NCBI GenBank assembly: GCA_035686805.1
Contig: DASRZD010000350.1
Span: 1-29,280 of the forward strand
Origin: Armatimonadota bacterium
Lineage (GTDB): Bacteria > Armatimonadota > UBA5829 > DTJY01
Reading direction: 5' to 3'
Length of the DNA: 29,280 nucleotides
In this document: in pieces, positions 15,727 to 23,795 of the stretch
Layout of the letters: each line of letters begins with the position of its first letter
Numbering within the stretch: position 1 is the stretch's first letter
Position numbers and translations under genes: made by a program
Notes under the pieces: generated by a model
Databases searched by the model: none
Seen by the model: the letters and a program-made list of their open reading frames with translations, nothing else
Told to the model about the DNA's origin: nothing

Positions 15727-17379
15727 TTAGTCTTTTCTCTTGAGCACCATAATGAAATCGGAGCTTGTCGGCAGATACCCCTCTACATCCTCATCCCACA
15801 AGTACATCACGTTATCCTCCGACTCGAACTCCACCATTCCGACCATGTGATAGTATGTTTGCAGGTATTGCTTCGCCCAAGTGAATATAGTCGTATCTGA
15901 GTCCGGCCGAGCCAGCCATGACGGTGGGATTCTAACGAAAACCATATACTTCGGACGGCTGGTTTCCAGTTCTCGGATTGTATCCTTCAGCATCTGACGA
16001 GCGTACTTCTGGTGCTCCATCAACCCGTAGGTGTATATCATCCCTGTTGCCGAGCGCCTGTGTGCATAGAAGAACGTCTCGGGCTCGGATCCCAAAATAC
16101 CTATGACGTCATTCTTGTTGGTGTGGGCTTTCAAATACTTGGCGACCTCGATCATTTCGGGGAAGGGGTTGCTGCCGTATTCCAGGCGGGCTGCATCTGT
16201 AGGTGACGGCGCGAACCAGAACGGCCGATTACCGGCTGCTCCGAGGAACAGCGTCATTGCCGCGAGCACCAGCGGAATACCTCTCAAGTGAGCAGTGTAT
16301 CTGCATCTCGACATCCATCGCTGGCATGAGCTTACGGCCACTCCCGCCAGAAGCCCTATCGCGGCCAGGAACGGCACGAAGTAATGCGGCCTGAAATAGA
16401 ACCCGGGGCAGACTATCAGGGCGGCAAACAAAGCAAAGCCCCCAAGGAAAGCCCGTTTCTCCTTCAGCCTTCTGTCCAGGAACACGATGATGAGACCCAC
16501 TCCCGCAAGACCCCACAACCATACGAATGGACCCGTTATGCGGCCTATCTGGTGGCTGAAATTGGCCCATATCATCCTGCCTGTCGTCTGCGACTCGTAC
16601 TCTCTCGCGTAGTGGAACACCCAGAACCAGAACTTCGCAAAGACTCCGGCCTTATAAAGAATCAGGCAGGTAACTGCGAAGGGGATGACCGACCCTGCCA
16701 TGAGCAGGAGTTCCTGCCTTACTAAGCTTTTCCAGGCGATCGGCCGGGCCGCAAGATTTGCCCAGATGACATATAGAGCGGCGAATGCTACGAAGATAAT
16801 GGCATGCTGCTTCATGATGAATCCCAATCCCAGCAGCAGCCCACTCACGAAGAATAGATACGGTCTTTTCGACTCCAGGCCTTTCAGCATGAGAAGCATC
16901 CCGCCAAGCGCGTACGGCATAATGAAATGCGTCGCGTGAGCAGACGTCCCCTGCACACTCATGCTTATTGAGTTGAGCCCGTATGCTCCTGCCGCCACAA
17001 CAGCCGCCAATGGATCAACCAGCCGCTTTGCCAGTAGAAACAGGAGAACGATGGCAACAAGGTTAATCAGCAGTAGCCCCAGGTGGATTGCCACAATCGT
17101 CTGCCCGAAGACCGCCATAATAACGGCGTAAGACGCATAAACCCCCGGGAGCTTCATGTTGTAGGCAATCTTATACGGCGGGATGTGGTCGAGCATAAGC
17201 TGGCCCATGTAGGCAAATTCGCCTTCATCTCGCTCGAGGGGGATCGAAAGCATCCTGACTCGAATCAGGGTGACGGTCAACAGGATTACCGTGAGAACTA
17301 CCCACGCCCAGAGGTTCGATGTCTTGGCAGGAGTGCGACTAGCCGATTTCCTGGTTTTTCCCTTGTATTCTGCTGACAT
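15727..17379 (-). CDS. ArnT/PMT-like GT-C family membrane glycosyltransferase (GT39/GT83-like)
   Basis: 550-aa polytopic membrane protein. After TM1 comes the acidic first-loop motif PLERDEGEFAY typical of lipid-phosphate-sugar-dependent GT-C enzymes. A soluble C-terminal domain follows. It is the first gene of the cluster. Confidence 0.75.
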   Translation of the reverse strand: MSAEYKGKTRKSASRTPAKTSNLWAWVVLTVILLTVTLIRVRMLSIPLERDEGEFAYMGQLMLDHIPPYKIAYNMKLPGVYASYAVIMAVFGQTIVAIHLGLLLINLVAIVLLFLLAKRLVDPLAAVVAAGAYGLNSISMSVQGTSAHATHFIMPYALGGMLLMLKGLESKRPYLFFVSGLLLGLGFIMKQHAIIFVAFAALYVIWANLAARPIAWKSLVRQELLLMAGSVIPFAVTCLILYKAGVFAKFWFWVFHYAREYESQTTGRMIWANFSHQIGRITGPFVWLWGLAGVGLIIVFLDRRLKEKRAFLGGFALFAALIVCPGFYFRPHYFVPFLAAIGLLAGVAVSSCQRWMSRCRYTAHLRGIPLVLAAMTLFLGAAGNRPFWFAPSPTDAARLEYGSNPFPEMIEVAKYLKAHTNKNDVIGILGSEPETFFYAHRRSATGMIYTYGLMEHQKYARQMLKDTIRELETSRPKYMVFVRIPPSWLARPDSDTTIFTWAKQYLQTYYHMVGMVEFESEDNVMYLWDEDVEGYLPTSSDFIMVLKRKD

Positions 17380-17418
17380 GAACGGTGTCCAAACACTATG
17401 TATAACGGCAGTATCAAT

Positions 17419-17447
17419 ACTTTATCATTAGTAGGTCACAGAGTCAA
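17419..17447 (-). promoter_or_regulatory. Candidate sigma70-type promoter of the glycosylation cluster
   Basis: The minus strand reads TTGACT-17 nt-TAAAGT, about 35 nt upstream of ATG 17379, in the only AT-rich gap upstream of the cluster. Confidence 0.4.
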
Positions 17448-17525
17448 TGAGACGATGTGTGCCGCCTGCGCATTTCATCGAATATCTGGTGGGCTCGCCG
17501 CAGCGAACTGTCAAGTAATAAGCAC

Positions 17526-19355
17526 CTACATCATCTTCATGCAGTAGATCAGATCGTTGGTGCTGGGGTGGTCTTCCAGAGTCAGTTGGAAGATGCACTC
17601 GCGCTCGGCGTAAATGGAGATACTCTTCCGAGGAATCTCGGGGTGTTCGGATGCGATCTTGTCCAGGAACTGCTTGGCAGCATTGGAAACAAGCTCGTCC
17701 ACTTCCTTGGGATGCGTCAACATGTACTGATATGCTTGGTCGGCAGGCATATCCTTAAACTCCTTGGGGACGCTGTCCATCAGGTTTGCTGATCCCAGGA
17801 CATGCGCCTGAGCGACCGCAACTAAGGAGGCGCCTCCGGGCCCTTGATCCTGAATACTGAACTGCGCTTTTTGAGGCCAGGAGGCATCCTTTGCCTGGGC
17901 GTAAGTTGGCCTCGATTTGATTTCGAATGCCTGCATGAAAAGAACCTGCTGCTCCGGCTTCAAGGAGGAAACATTGATCCTCACTCCACTCCATACCGTC
18001 CGCTGCTGGGTTGGGTTCAGCGACGCATACAGCTTCAATGGGTACTCGCATCGAGCAATCTCCGAGAGGTCGGGCATACCAAGCCAGTAGCGCGCATTGT
18101 TTATTGTCCCGCGAACCTGTCCCCAACTCATGCTTCCCATTTCAGCGAGGGCGTCGAACGTGGGGTAGGGCAGACCGGCGCTCGATGCCTGCCAGCGGCG
18201 GATCGTTGCCTCGGGCAACTCTCGGTCTTTCATCCGATGCCATAGGGCATACTTGGCTAGCAGGAAGTCACCGTCCCGCTCGATGATGAACTTGTGCTGT
18301 GCACACAGTTGAGCCAGCCTCTCCCCAGCCTTGATCGCCGACGGCAAAGCCGGCTGATACTCGCTTATGTATTGCGCGACCACCGGCGTTTCTATCGCCT
18401 GAGCGATTGGAAGGAGCCCGTCGCTCATGGTCGCCGGGGTCGCTCCCGATCCCTCGCCCGGCTTCGAGACTTCCTTGATCGCCTTCTCCTCGTCTTTCAG
18501 CGCAGGCAAGTCCTTTGCAAGCGCCGTGTCTTTCAGCAGAGCTTCATTCGCTGACTGCACCACTTTATCGTATCTGGAGTCATCGAAGAGCGCCATGGTC
18601 AGGAGTACCCAATCCTTCGGCTCCATCGCCGGCTGTGCCGACCCCTGCAGCAGATAGCCCGCCAGCGAAGGCTCTATCCAGAATCTGAACGATGTTGCCT
18701 CAGGATAGTGCTTCTTCGCTTCCTCTGCGATTGCGCCTCCGGCGAAAGTCAGCTCTTTGCCGCCGAATAAGTCCTTCCGCTCGGATTCCGAAAGATTGAG
18801 AAACTGCAGAACCATCGCACCGCCATCAGGCGATCGAGTCGCGTACCATCGCTGCCCCAGTCGCCAGTATTCATCCATGTTCTGCCCCTGAACATACGGC
18901 GGTCGCTGGAATTGCTGATCCGAGCGAAGATACGTAGCAGTGGCCTGAAGTTCGGTATCGAACTGCTTGAGGATCGCCAGGTAGTCGTCATACTGCCGCT
19001 GGCGGATTGCCGCCGATGAGTCCCTGTCCGTGCACAGTCGAAGTGATCTGACGCTCCCAATCTCGGATTCCGCCCAGCATAGGTTGAAGCAGTGCGCCAG
19101 GGCTTTCAGGACATCCCTGGCCGGCTTGTTCTTAACGTAAACGGCTGCCTTGTCATCGCCGATCTCCCGGTCGGGACGAAGCCTGCCCCCCGTCTCGGCC
19201 TGAACCTTATCCAGCACTTCCCGAATCTGCGCCGCCCGCAAAGTCAGGCTGATCGGCTTGTCCAATTCCGGCTTGCTGTCCAATGCCGCCGTCCGAACAT
19301 CCGACTCGGCCAAGGCCGCGCTGCAGATTAGCAGCAGAAATGCTATGTATCTCAA
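17526..19355 (-). CDS. Secreted protein of unknown function
   Basis: 609 aa with the signal peptide MRYIAFLLLICSAALA/ESD. I recognise no domain. The start is TTG (19353-19355) with GGGAGG inside the last codons of the upstream hydrolase gene, 7 nt upstream, which suggests translational coupling. Confidence 0.75.
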   Translation of the reverse strand: MRYIAFLLLICSAALAESDVRTAALDSKPELDKPISLTLRAAQIREVLDKVQAETGGRLRPDREIGDDKAAVYVKNKPARDVLKALAHCFNLCWAESEIGSVRSLRLCTDRDSSAAIRQRQYDDYLAILKQFDTELQATATYLRSDQQFQRPPYVQGQNMDEYWRLGQRWYATRSPDGGAMVLQFLNLSESERKDLFGGKELTFAGGAIAEEAKKHYPEATSFRFWIEPSLAGYLLQGSAQPAMEPKDWVLLTMALFDDSRYDKVVQSANEALLKDTALAKDLPALKDEEKAIKEVSKPGEGSGATPATMSDGLLPIAQAIETPVVAQYISEYQPALPSAIKAGERLAQLCAQHKFIIERDGDFLLAKYALWHRMKDRELPEATIRRWQASSAGLPYPTFDALAEMGSMSWGQVRGTINNARYWLGMPDLSEIARCEYPLKLYASLNPTQQRTVWSGVRINVSSLKPEQQVLFMQAFEIKSRPTYAQAKDASWPQKAQFSIQDQGPGGASLVAVAQAHVLGSANLMDSVPKEFKDMPADQAYQYMLTHPKEVDELVSNAAKQFLDKIASEHPEIPRKSISIYAERECIFQLTLEDHPSTNDLIYCMKMM

Positions 19356-19357
19356 CT

Positions 19358-22300
19358 CTAAACCTCCCGAATCCCGTCTCCATACTGGGCCAGCACTTTG
19401 GCATCCTTGCCGAGAAGGAACATCAGCGCCCGCTGAGCCGGCAACTTGATACTCAGCGTCTTCTGGCTGAATGAATCGGTCAGGCTGAACTCCTTATTCG
19501 CGTCCGTCTCAGACACAATGGAATACAGAACGGTCTCCTCGAAGAACTGAGGCCGAATAAGGATTCCGGGGTCTGCCTTATCCACCCTGAACGGCGGCTC
19601 GATGCCGGCCTGCTTGAGCGCATACTGATACAGCGCCGCCACCGGCTCCACATTATCCGCAAGCTCGAATGGAAGCGGCGTGAAGATCAGCTTGCCGTCG
19701 CCCTTCGCCTCTGCCTTCACGAATCCGCTCTGCCCGCCGACGACCGCCTTATCAATCCGATTGATCTTGTCGCCGCCGAAACTCAGCCGATAGCTGGTCC
19801 CGAACACGATCACGTCCTCTTCTCTTGTGACAGGCGCGATCGTGCTTTGGTTCCCCAGCCTTTCGACCGGCCGCCAATACTCGTCCCAATCAATCGGCCC
19901 TGTCACCAGCAGCACTGCGCCCGCCTCAACTGCCTTTATCAGCTTATCCCACGCCTGCTGACTAAGCGTCCTCGGCGACGGCAGCACGATCAATCGGCAA
20001 TTCCCCAGGTTCTCCAGGGTATACTCTCCAACCGCCCGCATGGGCATCCCGCAATGATAGTGCATCACCCGCACGCATGCCCTTGTCGCCGCCGACGCAT
20101 GGTTTCGGACCGAGAACATGTTCGAATGAGGGATCACCATGCAGACGTTCTCGGGCTTGCGCCCGGATGATCGAGGCTCACCGCGCTTGGTGAGGTACTG
20201 CCTCGCCTCCCTCCAGAACGTCGCCATGGGCAGGAGGACCTCCAACTCGGGCTTGATGGTCAGGTCTGCCCTGTTGAAGCCTATCGCCACCTCATTGTCG
20301 CTGGTCATGTAGACGTTCGTGTTCCAGATCCATTGAATGACCCCCGCCGCCCCTGATGCGAATCCCATCACGAATTTCCGCTCGAGCAGGTTTCGGCAAT
20401 CCTTCTCTGTCCGCCGATAGGTTCGATCCGGATTCTCGGCGAACATGATGCCGGTTTCCTCGATCACATTCGGCTTCTCCGGCGTCTTGCTGACCAGCCC
20501 GTCCCAGAGAAGATCATCGTTCAGCCACCACGTGTGCATGCATGTGAAGTCCATGTCCTTCCAATGGAACTGCGGATTCGGCCGCTCGAATGCACCGCCT
20601 TCCTCCTGGCCGACGGTGATTAGCTGCTTCGGATTGCCGTTTTGCCGAATGACTTCGCTCATCTCCCTCACCCAGCGATTGAAGATCTCCTGCGAGAACA
20701 ATCGGAAATCCAAAGCTCGCATTGGATGTGAGTTCTCAAATATCTGCCGATCATCGAAATCGCTGGTTGCCGGAAGCTCATCTGCATTTCGAGGAGTGGT
20801 TCTCCAGGCTTCTTCTCGATCCGGGCGTTCTTGAAGCCATTGTTCCCATTCTCGTTTTTCGAACTCATCGAAGTTAGGGCGGCAGCACCATCGGCGGCCG
20901 GAACTCTGAAATACCGGTTCGTTTATTAGATCCCACATCAGGTTGTTGAAATTGCTGAATCGCCTTGTGAACGCGGCGATGAATTCCTTTTGAGCCTTGA
21001 TGGCCCTCGGATCGAGATATGGGTTTTCGCCTTCCCACATCTCGGGCGTGAAACTGAAGAATGTGAAGATCACCGGCAGCTCGTACTTTACGGCGGTGAG
21101 CATGAATGCCATGAATGCCCGAATCACCCCTTCGTCGGGAGCGCCCGGATCGAGCATTGTTTTTCGAAATGCCGTCCAGATTCCTGTCCTCAGTATGTTT
21201 ACGCCCGCCGCGCTGATCTCCGCAAGATCCCTATTCCAGACGGCGGCGTTCGGCTCGAAGAGGAACTTCCGGTGCACGTCCGAGGCCATGTACGTCGTCC
21301 CCACCACAGGCACTTGCTTGTCGGTTCGCATGAAGAAGTCCTTTCCCGCGAGGAGGGGCTGAGTTCGGGAGACCATCGCAGCGTCGTAGCACCAGAAGCC
21401 GGTAGTGTGGTATGAGGCGAACTTATCGCTGAGGCCGGGATCGCCGGTCGAGAGCCTGGCCTCGACTATGTAGAGTCCCGGGCTGAGAGGAATCTCGATC
21501 GGTATGTCCATATAATACGGCGACTGGAAGTCCTTGATCTCGATGTTCTGGCTGGCGATGGTTATACTCTCTTTGCGGATGGTCAAATAGAGGTCCACCT
21601 CTCTGGGGGCTTTCTCCGGCTGGCTCGCATGGATGATCAGTGACGTCCGCTCATCCGGGTAGTAGCAGGCGAATGAGGGCCGAACCTGCAACTCCGACGG
21701 GCCCATCGCGGCGAATCCCCCGAGCCGGAAGAGTATCTCCTTCCTCAGCGCTTCGTCCGATGTGAAGTTTGCCAGCACCCATCGGCCCCCCGCGAACGGT
21801 CCGAACACCCGGTCAATGGCGATCACCGGGGCGACGAGCCTCTTGCCCTCATTATCCTCGCCGTAGAGCAGCGGCCGGAGGATGGCATCACGCGTGCCAG
21901 ATGTGCCCAATTCGTTCGGATGATCGTCCTTGCTCGTGAGGCGGACCTGCAGCTCGAAGACCTTGCTGCACGCGAAGTCCTCGATCAGGCCCGACAGGAG
22001 CGGTTCGGTCGTTATCGTGTCGTACTTCTTGACCCCGGCAGTCTCCACCGGGAACGCCTGATTGATCATCAGCTCCTGGTGATACTGCGTCTGGCGGATC
22101 TCCTGACGCCAGCCGTCTCCCTCACGCCGAACCGGGATGCTGAATGGCGCGCCGCCCAGGTTGAGGAAGTTCCCACCGGCCGCCAGGAAGTCATATATCT
22201 CCGGCCAGGCGTCTTTCGGGAATACCGAGCCGTATGGGTTGATGAACAGATCAACCGACGCCCGCTTCAGCAGCTTCTTCATGTCGGCGACGCCGGCGAA

Positions 22301-22411
22301 CTTCACCGACTCCATCGGCGGCAGCGCCTCGACGAGCTTCTGATGGTTGATCTCTGAAGTATCTACGAAGGGGAAACCGTCTTCCCTGAAGATGAGCACA
22401 CGAGCATCCAT
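19358..22411 (-). CDS. Large clan GH-A-like glycoside hydrolase (GH5/GH42-like TIM barrel with flanking GATase-like domains)
   Basis: About 1017 aa. The central region carries GVNILRTGIW, LMWDLINEP (the NEP acid/base motif of clan GH-A) and a later VIEETG candidate nucleophile. The C-terminal LIVLPSPRTLSQQAWDKLIKAVEAGAVLLVTGP resembles a GH42 trimerisation/GATase-like domain. GGAGGA abuts the first ATG (22417), so the ATG at 22409-22411 (MDARVLIF) is the better-spaced start. Confidence 0.7.
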   Translation of the reverse strand: MDARVLIFREDGFPFVDTSEINHQKLVEALPPMESVKFAGVADMKKLLKRASVDLFINPYGSVFPKDAWPEIYDFLAAGGNFLNLGGAPFSIPVRREGDGWRQEIRQTQYHQELMINQAFPVETAGVKKYDTITTEPLLSGLIEDFACSKVFELQVRLTSKDDHPNELGTSGTRDAILRPLLYGEDNEGKRLVAPVIAIDRVFGPFAGGRWVLANFTSDEALRKEILFRLGGFAAMGPSELQVRPSFACYYPDERTSLIIHASQPEKAPREVDLYLTIRKESITIASQNIEIKDFQSPYYMDIPIEIPLSPGLYIVEARLSTGDPGLSDKFASYHTTGFWCYDAAMVSRTQPLLAGKDFFMRTDKQVPVVGTTYMASDVHRKFLFEPNAAVWNRDLAEISAAGVNILRTGIWTAFRKTMLDPGAPDEGVIRAFMAFMLTAVKYELPVIFTFFSFTPEMWEGENPYLDPRAIKAQKEFIAAFTRRFSNFNNLMWDLINEPVFQSSGRRWCCRPNFDEFEKREWEQWLQERPDREEAWRTTPRNADELPATSDFDDRQIFENSHPMRALDFRLFSQEIFNRWVREMSEVIRQNGNPKQLITVGQEEGGAFERPNPQFHWKDMDFTCMHTWWLNDDLLWDGLVSKTPEKPNVIEETGIMFAENPDRTYRRTEKDCRNLLERKFVMGFASGAAGVIQWIWNTNVYMTSDNEVAIGFNRADLTIKPELEVLLPMATFWREARQYLTKRGEPRSSGRKPENVCMVIPHSNMFSVRNHASAATRACVRVMHYHCGMPMRAVGEYTLENLGNCRLIVLPSPRTLSQQAWDKLIKAVEAGAVLLVTGPIDWDEYWRPVERLGNQSTIAPVTREEDVIVFGTSYRLSFGGDKINRIDKAVVGGQSGFVKAEAKGDGKLIFTPLPFELADNVEPVAALYQYALKQAGIEPPFRVDKADPGILIRPQFFEETVLYSIVSETDANKEFSLTDSFSQKTLSIKLPAQRALMFLLGKDAKVLAQYGDGIREV

Positions 22412-22446
22412 ACGCATTCCTCCATACCATATTACAAACGCAGTCT

Positions 22447-22475
22447 ATTCTACATTATGGGCGCTGAGAGCGCAA
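22447..22475 (-). promoter_or_regulatory. Candidate promoter for the hydrolase operon
   Basis: The minus strand reads TTGCGC-17 nt-TAGAAT, about 30 nt upstream of the start codon. It is divergent from the islet promoter. Confidence 0.45.
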
Positions 22476-22513
22476 ATGGCCGATATGGTGGCAAGACAAC
22501 GCCCCAACGACCC

Positions 22514-22542
22514 TTGACTACCGGTCTTCTAAAGGCTAGAAT
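22514..22542 (+). promoter_or_regulatory. Near-consensus sigma70 promoter of the HNH/TIR islet
   Basis: TTGACT (22514-22519), an exact 17-nt spacer, then TAGAAT (22537-22542). The predicted transcription start is near 22549-22551, just before the reading frame opens at 22556. Confidence 0.6.
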
Positions 22543-22588
22543 GTACACAGAGTAATATCGGCGAAAGCCGAGTACTGAAGGATCAGAA

Positions 22589-23734
22589 CTGAGGTTCGCA
22601 GCCATCGCAAAAGGAACTGCAATACCAAAAGAGGTTAGAGATAAGCTGCTTGTAGAGGCCAAACACCAGTGTTCGAAATGCCACGAGAAGACTGCGCATA
22701 TTCACCATATCACCAGTTTGGTAAAGGGCGGCACCAGCGACGAAGACAATCTGATTGTGCTCTGTCCCACCTGCCATGACAATGTGCACCTGGAGCACAT
22801 CACGGCCGATCAGCTTCGTCTTTATAAAAGGGGCTGGGTCGCGGTATGCCGACTCCGCGACATCGGGCTATTATGTGAGGTAGGCGACAGGGAGCTTTCA
22901 GAGATACTTGAACGCATTAGGGATAACTCCCGGCTAGATAGAATGGTTCATATCCTGGGTGAGTTCTCTGGAGGCAGGCGGCCAGCTGTCGTCGATCCAG
23001 TTCCTCAACTGGTGACTACACTGATCGACATCATGGAAAACAGTGCGGGGCAAATGTCGACGACTGCCTCAGTCAAGAAGAGCCTCGCCAAGGAGTTCTT
23101 CACGTTTTACCAACTCTTACATCGCATGAGGAACAATACCCTTCACATCAAGCAACTGCTTGACACGGACAAGCACCTGGATGGGGAACCTACGAATCTT
23201 CATAAGACCGATATGCCAAAGCTCATTCATGACCAGGCTGCTACAGTATTCTCCATGTATAGATTGCTCGTGGAGAAGTGGGAGTTCTTTGAGTTATACA
23301 TTCCGGACTTTTCTTATCATCTCTGGGCTCTGTTCAATTGCAGGGAGGGCATCCTCTGTCCGATCGCCCATGGATGCCACCATCCAGATATGGATTCCGC
23401 TATCACGGTATTCACACGGCTTGACAGCGAGATGATAACTAGGGATTTCGTCCGCTGGATTCCGTTCTTCGACTTGGCAGCCCATAAGGATCACTACCAT
23501 CCCACCGTAAATCATCTATATGACGTTCATGGCTACGAGTTCCTGACGTTCAATGTTGCCATGAAAAACAGTGAGAATTTTCGATTTCTATCTAAGGAAT
23601 TGGAGAGAATTATTTCGCAGTTGACGGATGCGATCAAGAGATTTGGGGAGTTTCTGCGCGAACACTTTGATATGCCTGATATACTAGAAGTAAATAAGAA
23701 TTGTGAATTGAGGAACCCCAGACCATGGGGCTAG
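22589..23734 (+). CDS. HNH endonuclease domain protein with a large uncharacterised C-terminal domain
   Basis: The track ORF (TTG 22718) starts in the middle of the HNH motif. The same frame is open back to 22556 and encodes ...KLLVEAKHQCSKCHEKTAHIHHITSLVKGGTSDEDNLIVLCPTCHDNVH. That is a complete beta-beta-alpha-Me/HNH core with both CxxC pairs. No ATG, GTG or TTG precedes it. The best candidate start is CTG 22589-22591, with GAAGGA (22577-22582) 6 nt upstream. I cannot assign the remaining ~300 aa. Confidence 0.7.
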   Translation: MRFAAIAKGTAIPKEVRDKLLVEAKHQCSKCHEKTAHIHHITSLVKGGTSDEDNLIVLCPTCHDNVHLEHITADQLRLYKRGWVAVCRLRDIGLLCEVGDRELSEILERIRDNSRLDRMVHILGEFSGGRRPAVVDPVPQLVTTLIDIMENSAGQMSTTASVKKSLAKEFFTFYQLLHRMRNNTLHIKQLLDTDKHLDGEPTNLHKTDMPKLIHDQAATVFSMYRLLVEKWEFFELYIPDFSYHLWALFNCREGILCPIAHGCHHPDMDSAITVFTRLDSEMITRDFVRWIPFFDLAAHKDHYHPTVNHLYDVHGYEFLTFNVAMKNSENFRFLSKELERIISQLTDAIKRFGEFLREHFDMPDILEVNKNCELRNPRPWG

Positions 23735-23795
23735 GGGTAATCGATCAGGCCGTCGTTATTCGATCAAGCTGAGCGTGATCTTGCAGGAGGGTAGA

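Noticed and set aside
22718-23734. The track's TTG 22718 as the start of the HNH protein.
   Set aside because: It would cut the HNH fold in half. The first CxxC pair and the HIHH segment are encoded in frame upstream (22670-22708), so I extended the gene to the SD-preceded CTG at 22589.
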